45,593 nt of DNA, from positions 1-45,593 of the forward strand of contig CALVLR010000155.1 of the NCBI GenBank assembly GCA_944340685.1. The letters run 5' to 3'. Source of the DNA: an uncultured Clostridia bacterium. Lineage in GTDB: Bacteria; Bacillota; Clostridia; Christensenellales; Borkfalkiaceae. Below the pieces are notes generated by a model that saw only the letters and a program-made list of their open reading frames with translations, did no database searches and was not told where the DNA came from. Made by a program: the position numbers and the translations under genes. This document shows, in pieces, positions 16,521-27,313 of the stretch (its first letter is position 1; each line of letters begins with the position of its first letter).

Positions 16521-18512
16521 ATGATGCAGAAGAAAACGACGAATGAGACGACGGGCAGCATGACTGATTTTCCGCTCTATCTTTATCACCACGGGAAAAA
16601 CGACCGTATTTATGAAATTTTCGGTGCGCATAAAGAGACCCGCGGCGAGGAAGAGGGGTATGTCTTCCGTGTCTGGGCGCCGCACGCAAGAAGCGTTTCC
16701 GTCGTGGGGGATTTCAACGACTGGAACGTGAATGCCAACGTTATGAACCGTATGGTCGACGGTGAGACGTTCGAACTTTTCATTCCCGGTCTCAAACAGT
16801 ACGATACTTACAAATATTGTATCACGGCAGCGGACGGCAGACAGCTCATGAAGGCGGATCCCGTCGGCTTCCATACCGAAACGCCGCCCGCGACTGCGTC
16901 CAAGCTGTACGATCTGGACGGATACGAGTGGCATGACGGCGCATATTTCGAGCAGATCCGCGCAAAGAATATCTTTGCCTCGCCGATGAATATCTACGAG
17001 GTCAATCTGCTTTCCTGGAAGCGCCATGATGACGGGAACTATTATTCCTATCTCGATCTTGCGCGCGAGCTGGTACCCTATGTCAAGGAAATGGGGTACA
17101 CGCACGTCGAGTTCATGCCCGTTACGGAATTCCCGTTCGAAGGTTCCTGGGGGTATCAGGTGACGGGGTATTATGCGGTGACTTCCCGTATGGGGACGCC
17201 GAAAGATTTCATGTATCTGGTCGATGAATTTCATCGCGCCGGCATCGGCGTTATCCTCGACTGGGTGCCCGCGCACTTCCCCAAAGACGCGCCCGGTCTC
17301 TACGAATTTGACGGACAGCCGCTCTATGAGAGCAGCCAGTGGGACAGAATGGAGCATAAGAGCTGGGGAACGCGCCGTTTTGATTACGGCAGGAACGAAG
17401 TGCTTTCCTTCCTGATCTCCGACGCCTGCTTCTTCTTTGATAAATATCACGTCGACGGGCTCCGCGTGGACGCGGTGGCATCCATGCTCTATCTCGACTA
17501 CGATAAGCGGGACGGAGAATGGGTCCCCAATATTTACGGCGAAAATAAAAACCTCGAAGCGATCGCGTTTTTACGGAAACTCAACGAGGCAGTATTCCTG
17601 CGCTTCCCGTATGCGCTCATGATCGCAGAGGAGTCCACGGCGTGGGGGTTGGTCACCAAACCCGGTTCCGTCGGCGGATTGGGCTTTAATTTCAAATGGA
17701 ATATGGGTTGGATGAACGATATGCTTTCGTATCTTTGTCTGAATCCGTATTTCCGCATGTATAATCACAGCAAACTTACGTTCTCCATGATGTACGCGTT
17801 CTCCGAGAACTATGTTCTGCCCATCTCGCACGACGAGGTCGTGCACGGGAAGTGTTCGCTGATCAATAAAATGCCGGGCACCTATGAGGAGAAATTTGCC
17901 GGCGTGCGTTCATTCCTCGGATATATGATGTCTCACCCCGGCAAAAAGCTGAATTTCATGGGGTACGAATTCGGGCAGTTCAAAGAGTGGGATTATCACG
18001 AAGGTCTGGAATTTTTCCTGCGCGATACCTATGAGCTGCACGGGAAACTCTCCCAAATGGTGAAGGACCTGAATGAGTTCTATCTGAAAACGCCGGCGCT
18101 CTATGAGATCGAGGATTCCTGGGACGGGTTCGAATGGCTTGCGCCCGACGATGCAGACCGCAACATGGTTTCCTTCCTGCGCCGCGACAAGACGGGGAAC
18201 GAGGTGATCGTGCTCGTATGTTTCTCGGGGGTGGATGTTCCGGATTACCGCCTTGGCGTTCCGCGCCGCGGGAAATACAAGATCGTTTTCGATACGGACG
18301 ACAAAAAATACGGCGGCGACGGCAAGATCACGAAAAAGACGATCTCGGCAGTCAAAAAACCCAGCCATGGGAAACAGTACTCCATTCCGATCGCCATGCC
18401 GAAAATGACCTGCGTTTATCTGGTACGGGAGCCTGATCCGCCCAAGGCGCCGAAGACGGCTTCTGCCAAAAAACCGGCAGCCAGGAAAAGCACTGCGAAA
18501 AAATCTGTCTGA
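16521..18512 (+). CDS. glgB: 1,4-alpha-glucan branching enzyme
   Basis: Has a GH13 branching-enzyme architecture (VWAPHARSVSVVGDFNDWN, GVILDWVPAHF, DGLRVDAV, AEESTAW). ATG at 16521 follows an AAGGAG SD. The C-terminal 27 aa form a Pro/Ala/Lys-rich tail. Confidence 0.93.
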   Translation: MMQKKTTNETTGSMTDFPLYLYHHGKNDRIYEIFGAHKETRGEEEGYVFRVWAPHARSVSVVGDFNDWNVNANVMNRMVDGETFELFIPGLKQYDTYKYCITAADGRQLMKADPVGFHTETPPATASKLYDLDGYEWHDGAYFEQIRAKNIFASPMNIYEVNLLSWKRHDDGNYYSYLDLARELVPYVKEMGYTHVEFMPVTEFPFEGSWGYQVTGYYAVTSRMGTPKDFMYLVDEFHRAGIGVILDWVPAHFPKDAPGLYEFDGQPLYESSQWDRMEHKSWGTRRFDYGRNEVLSFLISDACFFFDKYHVDGLRVDAVASMLYLDYDKRDGEWVPNIYGENKNLEAIAFLRKLNEAVFLRFPYALMIAEESTAWGLVTKPGSVGGLGFNFKWNMGWMNDMLSYLCLNPYFRMYNHSKLTFSMMYAFSENYVLPISHDEVVHGKCSLINKMPGTYEEKFAGVRSFLGYMMSHPGKKLNFMGYEFGQFKEWDYHEGLEFFLRDTYELHGKLSQMVKDLNEFYLKTPALYEIEDSWDGFEWLAPDDADRNMVSFLRRDKTGNEVIVLVCFSGVDVPDYRLGVPRRGKYKIVFDTDDKKYGGDGKITKKTISAVKKPSHGKQYSIPIAMPKMTCVYLVREPDPPKAPKTASAKKPAARKSTAKKSV

Positions 18513-18599
18513 GCATCATCAGTAAAAGAAGGTATCATGGACTCAGCGGCAATTTCAGCCGTAAAAATAATCAAGGAGTTTTACAGGGGGTTCTGTAGT

Positions 18600-19796
18600 A
18601 TGCAAAGAAAGAAGGAATGTGTGGCAATGTTGCTTGCGGGCGGACAGGGGAGCCGTCTGTATGCGCTCACCAACAACATTGCAAAGCCCGCGGTTGCGTT
18701 CGGCGGAAAGTATCGTATCATCGACTTTCCTTTGAGCAACTGCATCAATTCAGGGATCGATACGGTCGGCGTGTTGACGCAGTATGAGCCGCTCGAGCTG
18801 AACGAATACATCGGAAACGGTCAGCCGTGGGATCTCGACCGTTCATTCGGCGGGGTACATATCCTGTCGCCCTATCAGGCGAAGAAAAAGTCGTCTTGGT
18901 TCGAAGGTACGGCAAACGCGATCTACCAGAACCTCGCATTCATGCAGAAGTATAATCCGGAGTATGTGCTCATTCTTTCGGGAGACCACATTTACAAAAT
19001 GGATTATGCGGCGATGCTCAAAGCGCACAAAGCGACGGGCGCCGATTGCACGATCGCAGCGATCGAAGTTCCCATGAAGGAAGCTTCGCGTTTCGGGATC
19101 CTCAATACCAACGAAGACGGATCCATTTACCAGTTCGAAGAGAAGCCCAAACAGCCCAAGAGCAACCTTGCTTCGATGGGGATCTATATCTTCACGGCAA
19201 GCAAACTCTTTAAATATCTGATCGACGACGAGGCGAATCCCAATTCGAGCAAGGACTTCGGCAAAGACGTTCTGCCCGCCATGCTGAACGCAGGAGAGAA
19301 GATGTTCTCTTATCGTTTCAGCGGCTATTGGAAGGATGTCGGTACCATTTCTTCGCTTTGGGAATCGAACATGGATCTTTTGGGCGACGAGCCTGCATTC
19401 GACGTCGGCGATCCCGATTGGAAGATCCATTCGCGCAATCCGCTTGCGCCGCCCGAATATCTCGGCGATTCCGCCGTTGTCAACAATTCGCTGATCTCTC
19501 TCGGCTGCGAGATCGAGGGAACGGTAAAGCATTCCGTTCTTTCCAGCAACGTCATCGTGGAAGAAGGGGCGGAAGTCATCGACAGCGTTCTGATGGCAGG
19601 CAGCGTTATTAAGAAGGGCGCGAAGGTCGTCTATTCCATTATCGATGAAAATACGGTCGTGGAAGAAGGCGCAGTCGTAGGCGAAGACAAAGAGAAAAAT
19701 GCGGGCATTGCCGTACTCGGCAGAAATATTACGATCGGCGCGGGCGCGAAGGTCGCCGGCGGTCAGATCCTCGATAAGGATTACAAGGGGGAGTAA
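18600..19796 (+). CDS. glgC: glucose-1-phosphate adenylyltransferase
   Basis: Begins with [38 protein letters not shown], the canonical GlgC N-terminus. Confidence 0.93.
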   Translation: MQRKKECVAMLLAGGQGSRLYALTNNIAKPAVAFGGKYRIIDFPLSNCINSGIDTVGVLTQYEPLELNEYIGNGQPWDLDRSFGGVHILSPYQAKKKSSWFEGTANAIYQNLAFMQKYNPEYVLILSGDHIYKMDYAAMLKAHKATGADCTIAAIEVPMKEASRFGILNTNEDGSIYQFEEKPKQPKSNLASMGIYIFTASKLFKYLIDDEANPNSSKDFGKDVLPAMLNAGEKMFSYRFSGYWKDVGTISSLWESNMDLLGDEPAFDVGDPDWKIHSRNPLAPPEYLGDSAVVNNSLISLGCEIEGTVKHSVLSSNVIVEEGAEVIDSVLMAGSVIKKGAKVVYSIIDENTVVEEGAVVGEDKEKNAGIAVLGRNITIGAGAKVAGGQILDKDYKGE

Positions 19797-19800
19797 CAAG

Positions 19801-20919
19801 ATGGCAAATTCGGCAGTAGGAGTTATTTTTTCCAACGTTCACGACGAGAATATTCCCGAGCTCTCCCGCCACAGGACGATGGCTTCCATCCCTTACGGCG
19901 GAAGGTATCGTCTCATCGATTTTACGCTCTCCAACTTTGTGAATTCCGGAATCACGACCGTCGGGATCGTCACGAAGTTCAATTATCAGTCGCTGATGGA
20001 TCATCTCGGGAGCGGCAAGGATTGGGATCTCGCCCGAAAAGACGGCGGCATTATCCTGCTTCCTCCGTACTCCGACGAGACGGACGCGCCTTATTCCAAC
20101 CGTCTGGAAGCCCTCAAAGGCATCACGGGATTTCTGAATCACCGCAATGAAGAGTACGTCGTCATTTCTGACTGCGACGGGATCGCCCGCGTCGACATTG
20201 CGGACGTCATCCGTTATCATGAGGAGAAGGGTGCGGATATCACGATGGTCTATCATGAAGAGGACCTTCCCACCGATTCCAATTACTTCATGACGCTGGC
20301 TCCCGATGAGGACGGCAGGGTGAAGGGGATCAAGATCAATCCCCGCTCCAAAAATAAGACGAAGAGCAAGGTCTACGTCAACATTATGGTCCTGAACCGC
20401 GAGTTCCTCATCAATATCATTCAGGACGCAGTAACGAGAGGGCTTTCGAGCTTCGGGCGCGATATTCTTACAAAGAACGTCGATACATTGAAGATCTACG
20501 GCTATGCATTCAAGGGCTACTATGCCGGTATCGAGTCGCTGCAGACGTATTACGCCCACAGCATGGAACTTCTGGATAAGAATGTCCGCGATGAATTGTT
20601 TGGTTCGCGCGACATTTATACCAAAGTCCGCGATTCTGCGCCCAGCAAATATGACGACAGCGCAGTTGTGAAGAATTCGCTCATATCCGACGGATGCGTG
20701 ATCGAGGGAACGGTGGAGAATTGTATCCTGTTCCGCGGCGTCAAGATCGGAAAGGGGAGCGTCGTGAAAAACTCCATCATCATGCAGGACAGCGTTGTCG
20801 GTTCCGGCGTGCAGCTCGATTGCGTGATCACGGATAAGAATGTCGTCGTGCGCGACAGGAGACACCTTGCAGGCTGTGCGGAACTTCCGTACTTTATTGC
20901 CAAGGGAAGAATGGTATAA
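19801..20919 (+). CDS. glgD: glucose-1-phosphate adenylyltransferase regulatory subunit GlgD
   Basis: A GlgC paralogue that lacks the GGxGxR motif (VIFSNVHDENIPELSRHRTMASIPYGGRYRLIDFTLSN). It occupies the position between glgC and glgA, as in the Bacillus glgBCDAP operon. Confidence 0.88.
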   Translation: MANSAVGVIFSNVHDENIPELSRHRTMASIPYGGRYRLIDFTLSNFVNSGITTVGIVTKFNYQSLMDHLGSGKDWDLARKDGGIILLPPYSDETDAPYSNRLEALKGITGFLNHRNEEYVVISDCDGIARVDIADVIRYHEEKGADITMVYHEEDLPTDSNYFMTLAPDEDGRVKGIKINPRSKNKTKSKVYVNIMVLNREFLINIIQDAVTRGLSSFGRDILTKNVDTLKIYGYAFKGYYAGIESLQTYYAHSMELLDKNVRDELFGSRDIYTKVRDSAPSKYDDSAVVKNSLISDGCVIEGTVENCILFRGVKIGKGSVVKNSIIMQDSVVGSGVQLDCVITDKNVVVRDRRHLAGCAELPYFIAKGRMV

Positions 20920-21011
20920 AGCAGGCTGACCGGTGCGCGGCGGTGGCATTCGTACACCGCCGCCGTACAGGTTTGTTTGCCTCAAAATCGGGGAATGATA
21001 AGGAGGAAGAC

Positions 21012-22634
21012 ATGAGCACAGCGAAAACGACCAAAAAGACAACAAAAAAGACGGTGAAGCCTGCACCCGCGGAAGAAGTCGTAAAGACTGAAGCGCCTGC
21101 CGAAATCGCAGAGACGCCTGAGGCAGCGGTGGTCAATGTGCCGGCGGTAGAGGTCGTCGCGCAGCAGGAAGAAATCGCGGAGACGCCGGCGCCGGAAATC
21201 ACAGTCGTACCGAAGAAGAAGATCTTGTTCGTCGCTTCGGAGGCTGCGCCGTTCATTGCGACGGGAGGACTTGCAGAAGTGATCGGTTCGCTCTCCAAAG
21301 CACTTGCGAAGAGCGATGCCTATGACGTCCGCGTGATCATCCCGCTCTATCAGGACATCAAAAAGGAGTACCGCAAGGACTTCAAATTTATCGGCAATAT
21401 CTTCGTGCCGCTCTCCTGGAGAAATCAGTATTGCGGAATTTTCGAATACGAAGCGAACAACGTTAAATTTTATTTTGTAGATAACGAATATTATTTCAAA
21501 CGCCCCGGCTGTTACGGGTATTATGATGACGGCGAGCGGTTTGCATTTTTCTGCCGCGGCGTCATGGAGATCCTGTCTTTTATCGGGTTCTATCCCGACA
21601 TTCTGCATTGCCACGATTGGCAGGCGGCGCTGGCGGCGCTCTATCTCAAAACGATCTATTGTTTCCGTCCGGAGTATCAGTTCATCCGCGCAGTGTTCAC
21701 CATCCATAATATCGAGTATCAGGGGAAGTATTCGCTCGATATTCTGGAAGACCTGTTCGGGATCTCCAATCGGTTCCGTTATCTGGTGGAGTATGACCGC
21801 TGCATCAATCTGATGAAGGGCGCGATCGAGTGCTGCGAGCGCTTCTCTACGGTCAGCCCGACGTATGCGGGGGAGATCAAAGATCCGTACTATTCGCACG
21901 GTCTCGATCCCATCATCCGCCGCAATGAATTCAAACTGTGCGGGATCCTCAACGGCATCGATCCCGATTACTACAATCCCGCAACGGATAAATCGTTGTT
22001 CGCGAACTACGACGCAGAAAATATCGCTCCCAAGGCGATCTGCAAAGAAGAATTGCAGCGCATGCTCAATCTTCCCGTGAAGCCCGATACGCCTGTGATC
22101 GCAATGATCACGCGTCTTGTTGCGCATAAGGGCCTTGATCTCGTGAAGGAGGTCATCGAGCAGGTGCTTCGCCAGGACGTCCAGTTTGTCCTTCTCGGAA
22201 CAGGTGATTCCGCTTATGAGAATTATTTCAGCGACCTTGCCCGCCGTTACCAAGGGAAAGTCGTTTCCATCATCTCGTTCAATTCCGATCTTTCGCGCAA
22301 GATCTACGCGGGGGCGGATCTGTTCCTGATGCCGAGCAAGAGCGAGCCGTGCGGCCTTTCGCAGATGATCGCTTCCCGCTACGGGACGGTCGCCATCGTC
22401 CGAGAGACGGGCGGGCTTCGCGACAGCATCACACCGTACGGCGCGGGCGGAAACGGATTCACCTTCCATGACTACAATGCATACGATATGCTGTATGTCA
22501 TCAACGAAGCGATCGGAGTTTATCACAACAAAGAAGAGTGGGCTGCACTTCGGAAAAAGGCGATGCAAACAGATTTCTCCTGGGCAAAGTCTGCGACCTA
22601 TTACGAGGGGCTGTATCTCGGAATGCTCAAGTAA
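21012..22634 (+). CDS. glgA: glycogen synthase with a ~70-aa low-complexity N-terminal extension
   Basis: The canonical start motif KILFVASEAAPFIATGGLAEV appears only at residue 71. An AGGAGG SD precedes ATG 21012. The remainder is full-length GT5 GlgA. Confidence 0.9.
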   Translation: MSTAKTTKKTTKKTVKPAPAEEVVKTEAPAEIAETPEAAVVNVPAVEVVAQQEEIAETPAPEITVVPKKKILFVASEAAPFIATGGLAEVIGSLSKALAKSDAYDVRVIIPLYQDIKKEYRKDFKFIGNIFVPLSWRNQYCGIFEYEANNVKFYFVDNEYYFKRPGCYGYYDDGERFAFFCRGVMEILSFIGFYPDILHCHDWQAALAALYLKTIYCFRPEYQFIRAVFTIHNIEYQGKYSLDILEDLFGISNRFRYLVEYDRCINLMKGAIECCERFSTVSPTYAGEIKDPYYSHGLDPIIRRNEFKLCGILNGIDPDYYNPATDKSLFANYDAENIAPKAICKEELQRMLNLPVKPDTPVIAMITRLVAHKGLDLVKEVIEQVLRQDVQFVLLGTGDSAYENYFSDLARRYQGKVVSIISFNSDLSRKIYAGADLFLMPSKSEPCGLSQMIASRYGTVAIVRETGGLRDSITPYGAGGNGFTFHDYNAYDMLYVINEAIGVYHNKEEWAALRKKAMQTDFSWAKSATYYEGLYLGMLK

Positions 22635-22651
22635 TTGAGGATAATTTCAGC

Positions 22652-22708
22652 AAAAAGATCGGGAGAGGAGCAAAACGCTGTCTGTCGTCTTTGCTCCTCC
22701 ATCTTTTT
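22652..22708 (+). terminator. hairpin / partial terminator between glgA and glgP
   Basis: GAGGAGCAAA (22665-22674) pairs with TTTGCTCCTC (22690-22699). The stem is extended by AAAAAGAT/ATCTTTTT pairing, and a T-run follows. Confidence 0.6.
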
Positions 22709-22766
22709 GTGTTCTTACAGTTGGTAAAAATTTTAGCAATATTCATGCAGGAGACCATATAATTTC

Positions 22767-25190
22767 ATGAGTAACATGACCGAACAGGAGGCGCAGCGCC
22801 TCATTTCCGGAAAGCTGTCGCGTTATTTCGGCGTTTCGCCGCAAGAGGCGACGCGGGAACAGATCTATCGTGCCGTCGTTATGAGCGTACGCGATATTAT
22901 GGCGGAAAAGCATCAGAAATTTCATCTGAAAACAAAGAACGCCCGAGCGAAGCGGGTGTATTATCTTTGCATGGAATTTCTGATGGGACGTTCGCTGAAA
23001 AACAGCGTATATAATCTCGGGATCGGAGAAGCGCTCTCCGCCGCTCTGAAATCATATAAGCTGACGCTCGAAGATCTTTATGAAGAAGAGCCCGACGCAG
23101 GACTTGGGAATGGGGGACTTGGACGCCTTGCGGCATGTTTTTTGGACGGACTCGCGACGCAGAATTATCCTGCAATGGGATTTTCGATCTGCTACCAGTA
23201 CGGTCTTTTCAAACAGAAGATCATCGACGGTTGGCAGATCGAGCTTCCGGACGTCTGGCTGCCGGGAGGGGACGCGTGGCTGATCCAGCGTACCGACAAG
23301 CGGTTTATTGTCCGGTTTGACGGTACTCTGGAAGAGAAGTGGACGGATCACGGCATGGAGACCGTATACCACAACGCGAAAGAGGTAGAAGCGATCGCAT
23401 ATGATATGATGGTCTCGGGAAAGGATTCCGAATCTGTCAGCACGCTTCGTCTGTGGCGTTCGCGCGCCGTACAGAAGTTCGATATGCAGCTCTTTTCGCA
23501 GGGGAATTATGCGGAAGTTATGCGCGACGATACCGACGCGCAGCTGATCTCCAAGGTACTTTATCCGTCCGACAATCATTACGAAGGGAAATCGCTGCGG
23601 CTGAAACAGCAGTATTTCCTTGTTTCCGCGTCTCTGCAATGTATTGTCTCCGATCATAAGCGCCGCTATGGTTCGCTTGCTTTGCTTCCGCAGATGGCTG
23701 CGATCCACATCAACGATACGCATCCTGCGCTTGCGATCCCCGAACTTATGCGTATTCTCGTCGATGAGAACTATTTCAATTGGGACGTCGCATGGAATAT
23801 TACGACTGCGACGTGCGCATATACCAATCATACCGTGCTGGCGGAAGCACTGGAAACTTGGGCGGAAGACCTGATCGCGCGGAGACTTCCGCGGATCTAC
23901 GGCATTCTCAAAGAGATCAACCGCCGTTTCTGCGACGATCTTTGGAGCCATTTCCCGGGTGAGTGGGAAAAGATCTCGCGGATGTCGATTTTGTCTCACA
24001 ATACCGTACGGATGGCGAATCTCTGCGTCATGGGGTCTCATTGCGTCAACGGCGTTTCAAAGCTGCACAGTGAGATCATCAAGGAGAGTATTTTCCGCGA
24101 CTTTTACGAATATACGCCTCAGAAATTCCAGAATGTCACCAATGGGATCGCGCACCGCCGCTGGCTGAATCAGTCGAATCCCGAACTATGCGCGCTGATC
24201 ACGGAATGTATCGGAGACGGGTACGATCTGCATCCGGAAAAGCTCACCGAACTGAGAAAATTTGCAGACGATGAAAGCGTTCTCGGGCGCATGCAGGAAA
24301 TCAAAGCAATCAAAAAACAGCAGTTTGCCGCGTATGCAAAAAAGCAGCAGGGGATCGTGATCGATCCGTCTACTTTGTTCGATGTACAGGCAAAGCGTAT
24401 GCACGAATATAAGCGGCAGCTGTTGAATGTTTTGCACATTATTGCGGATTACAATGCATTGCGCGAAAATCCCGATCTGGATATTCAACCCAAAACCTAT
24501 ATTTTCGGGGCGAAGGCGGCAGCCGGCTACGATATGGCGAAACAGATCATCAAACTCATCTGTTTCCTTGCCGAAGATATCCGTAAGAATCCCAAAATCA
24601 ACGAAAAACTCAACGTCGTCTATATGGAGAACTATAATGTGACGATGTCTGAGGCGCTCATGCCGGCAAGTGAGATCTCGGAACAGATCTCTTTGGCGGG
24701 GAAGGAGGCGAGCGGTACCGGGAATATGAAGTTTATGATCAACGGTGCGCTGACGATCGGTACGCTCGACGGCGCGAATGTTGAAATGGCGGAACAGGCA
24801 GGAGAAGAAAACTTGTTCATCTTCGGACTGACTTCCGATGAAGTGAATGAGATCTGGTCCCGCGGATATAATTCGAGCGCATATTATAATCAGGATCTCG
24901 GCATGCGCAAGATCATTGAGTCGCTGATCGTCGGATTCAACGGCACATCGTTCGCGGAAATTGCGAATTATCTGCTCCGGAATGCGCCTGTTGCCGATCC
25001 TTATATGTGTCTTGCAGACTATGAATCTTATTCCAAAACGCAAAACGCAATGAGTATGCTGTACAGGAACGATAAACTCACCTGGAACAGAAAGGCGCTG
25101 ATGAACGTGGCGGCCGCAGGTTACTTTTCGGCAGACCGCAGTATTCGCGAATATGCAAGGAATATTTGGAATCTGAAGCCGGTCAAATAA
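22767..25190 (+). CDS. glgP: glycogen/maltodextrin phosphorylase
   Basis: An 807-aa GT35 phosphorylase. EASGTGNMKFMINGALTIGTLDGANVE contains the PLP lysine. Confidence 0.93.
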   Translation: MSNMTEQEAQRLISGKLSRYFGVSPQEATREQIYRAVVMSVRDIMAEKHQKFHLKTKNARAKRVYYLCMEFLMGRSLKNSVYNLGIGEALSAALKSYKLTLEDLYEEEPDAGLGNGGLGRLAACFLDGLATQNYPAMGFSICYQYGLFKQKIIDGWQIELPDVWLPGGDAWLIQRTDKRFIVRFDGTLEEKWTDHGMETVYHNAKEVEAIAYDMMVSGKDSESVSTLRLWRSRAVQKFDMQLFSQGNYAEVMRDDTDAQLISKVLYPSDNHYEGKSLRLKQQYFLVSASLQCIVSDHKRRYGSLALLPQMAAIHINDTHPALAIPELMRILVDENYFNWDVAWNITTATCAYTNHTVLAEALETWAEDLIARRLPRIYGILKEINRRFCDDLWSHFPGEWEKISRMSILSHNTVRMANLCVMGSHCVNGVSKLHSEIIKESIFRDFYEYTPQKFQNVTNGIAHRRWLNQSNPELCALITECIGDGYDLHPEKLTELRKFADDESVLGRMQEIKAIKKQQFAAYAKKQQGIVIDPSTLFDVQAKRMHEYKRQLLNVLHIIADYNALRENPDLDIQPKTYIFGAKAAAGYDMAKQIIKLICFLAEDIRKNPKINEKLNVVYMENYNVTMSEALMPASEISEQISLAGKEASGTGNMKFMINGALTIGTLDGANVEMAEQAGEENLFIFGLTSDEVNEIWSRGYNSSAYYNQDLGMRKIIESLIVGFNGTSFAEIANYLLRNAPVADPYMCLADYESYSKTQNAMSMLYRNDKLTWNRKALMNVAAAGYFSADRSIREYARNIWNLKPVK

Positions 25191-25243
25191 AAAGTATCAG
25201 TTAGACGAAGATATTTGGAGCAGTGCTCCGAGAGAGATTGTAC

Positions 25244-27073
25244 ATGCGTTTTTACTTTAATCCATTGAACAAAGCCTGCAAGTCCCATACGGGAGCTTTT
25301 CCGCGCGGTTCCGTCGTCACATTCCGGATCTACTGGGATGAGGACGGGGAAATGCCGCATGACATCGATGCAAGTTTTGTCTTTTTTCAGGATGGAAAAG
25401 AGAGGACGGCTCTCTCCATGCAGCGCATGGAGAGAGGGTTCTTTGTTTCTTTGCGCTTTCATCAGGTCGGACTATACTTCTATTATTTCCGCATCGGGGA
25501 TGATTTTTTCGGGTGCGGAAGATACCGTGACGGCGTGATCACCTCAAACAAAGCCAATCTGAGAACATGGCAGATCACCGTCTTCGGAGAACATTACACA
25601 ACGCCCGACTGGATGAAAGGCGGCGTGATGTATCAGATTTTTCCCGATCGTTTTCACAAGGTCGGCGAGCTTCCGATCGCAGCGTGGAAAGTCCGCCGCA
25701 GTGATTGGGGCGGCATGCCGACGTACAAGCCGAACGAATACGGAAAAGTTTTAAATAACGATTTCTTTGGCGGCAATCTCAACGGCATTACTGAGAAACT
25801 CGATTATCTGAAGGAACTCGGCGTAACCGTCATCTATCTGAATCCGATTTTTGAGGCATATTCCAATCACCGGTACGATACGGGCGATTATCTGAAAATC
25901 GATCAGCAGCTCGGAACGGAGGAAGATCTGGACCGACTTGTTTCGGAGGCAAAAAAACGCGGGATCCGGATCATTCTGGACGCAGTTCTCAATCATACAG
26001 GATCGGACAGCCGCTATTTTAACCGATACGGCCACTACGACAGTGTCGGTGCGTTTCAATCTCAGCAGTCTCCTTATTACGAGTGGTACCGTTTCCGCAG
26101 TTATCCGGAGTCATATGAGAGCTGGTGGGGAATCGACACACTTCCCAACGTGAACGAGCAGTCTCCTTCTTATCAGAATTTCGTTTTCGGGGAGAACGGC
26201 GTATTAAAAACGTGGCTGCGCCACGGTGTCAGCGGGTATCGTCTGGACGTTGCAGATGAGCTGCCTGACTTTTTCCTTCAAAAGCTCCGTACGGCAGTCA
26301 AAGAAGAGACGCCTGACGCGGTTGTGATCGGCGAAGTCTGGGAGGACGCATCCAACAAAATTGCATACAGCGAACGCAGGCAGTATTTACAGGGCTACGA
26401 GCTGGACAGCGTGATGAATTATCCCTTGAAGGACGCGATCATCAGCTATGTGCAGTCGGGCAATACGTCTCAGCTCCGCGAGACGCTGTACATGCTGATC
26501 GATAACTATCCGAAGCAGACGCTCGACTGTCTGATGAACATTCTTGGAACGCATGACACGCCGCGCATCCTCACTGTATTGGGCGGAAAAACGTGCGCCA
26601 ATAAAGATGAGATGGCAGTTACTTCCATGGATGAGAAGGAAGTTTCCGCTGCAAGAAAAAAGCTGAAGATGGCTGCCGTTTTGCAATTCACGCTTCCCGG
26701 AGTTCCCTGCATTTATTACGGAGATGAAAATGCGATGCAGGGGTATCAGGATCCGTTCTGCCGCGGCTGTTTTGATTGGGTGAATACCGATGAAGAACTG
26801 CTTGCATTTTACCGTAAATTGGGCGCTTTGAGAAAAGAATTTCTTCCGTTCCGGGAAGGCGATTACGACGAATTGTTTTCAGACAGCGGATGCATTGTCT
26901 ATGAGCGCCGCACAGGCGACCAGGTGGTTTACATTTACGTCAATAACTCCAACGGCGTTTATACGATCCATTTTGACGGCGAATACCTGGAACATCTTAC
27001 GCAGACAAAATTTTCCGGAAGACTTACTTGCGATCCATATTCCTACGGGATTTTTACGAAAATTTCCAAATAG
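25244..27073 (+). CDS. GH13 alpha-amylase-family enzyme (neopullulanase / cyclomaltodextrinase-like)
   Basis: Contains the conserved GH13 regions DAVLNH, GYRLDVADE, GEVWED and GTHDTPR, plus an N-terminal Ig-like domain. Substrate specificity cannot be resolved from sequence alone. Confidence 0.85.
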   Translation: MRFYFNPLNKACKSHTGAFPRGSVVTFRIYWDEDGEMPHDIDASFVFFQDGKERTALSMQRMERGFFVSLRFHQVGLYFYYFRIGDDFFGCGRYRDGVITSNKANLRTWQITVFGEHYTTPDWMKGGVMYQIFPDRFHKVGELPIAAWKVRRSDWGGMPTYKPNEYGKVLNNDFFGGNLNGITEKLDYLKELGVTVIYLNPIFEAYSNHRYDTGDYLKIDQQLGTEEDLDRLVSEAKKRGIRIILDAVLNHTGSDSRYFNRYGHYDSVGAFQSQQSPYYEWYRFRSYPESYESWWGIDTLPNVNEQSPSYQNFVFGENGVLKTWLRHGVSGYRLDVADELPDFFLQKLRTAVKEETPDAVVIGEVWEDASNKIAYSERRQYLQGYELDSVMNYPLKDAIISYVQSGNTSQLRETLYMLIDNYPKQTLDCLMNILGTHDTPRILTVLGGKTCANKDEMAVTSMDEKEVSAARKKLKMAAVLQFTLPGVPCIYYGDENAMQGYQDPFCRGCFDWVNTDEELLAFYRKLGALRKEFLPFREGDYDELFSDSGCIVYERRTGDQVVYIYVNNSNGVYTIHFDGEYLEHLTQTKFSGRLTCDPYSYGIFTKISK

Positions 27074-27100
27074 TATGTCAGACATAATACTGATGTATCT

Positions 27101-27130
27101 ACGGCGGATTTTATCCGCCGTTCTGTTTTC
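27101..27130 (+). terminator. intrinsic terminator at the end of the glycogen cluster
   Basis: ACGGCGGAT-TTTA-TCCGCCGT followed by TCTGTTTTC. Confidence 0.7.
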
Positions 27131-27313
27131 GTATCAGGGAAAAATATGCTTTTTTCCTTATTGCGTGTGTCCAAGAACGACACAGACGGATTACCGATCC
27201 TGAAAAAACGTATGTCAATGTGCCGTGAGCGCGTCCGGTTTGTGATCGATCTGATTTTATGAAGAATCTGGTGATTTTCCTGAAAAATATGGCATTTCAG
27301 GTGTATTTTTCCC

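Noticed and set aside
27146-27262. A 38-codon plus-strand ORF (MLFSLLRVSKNDTDGLPILKKRMSMCRERVRFVIDLIL) with a weak AGGGA SD. A 10-nt repeat GAAAAATATG occurs at 27139 and 27282.
   Set aside because: It is too short and lacks supporting signals. The repeat is plausible by chance in AT-rich DNA. It is kept only as something ribosome profiling could test.
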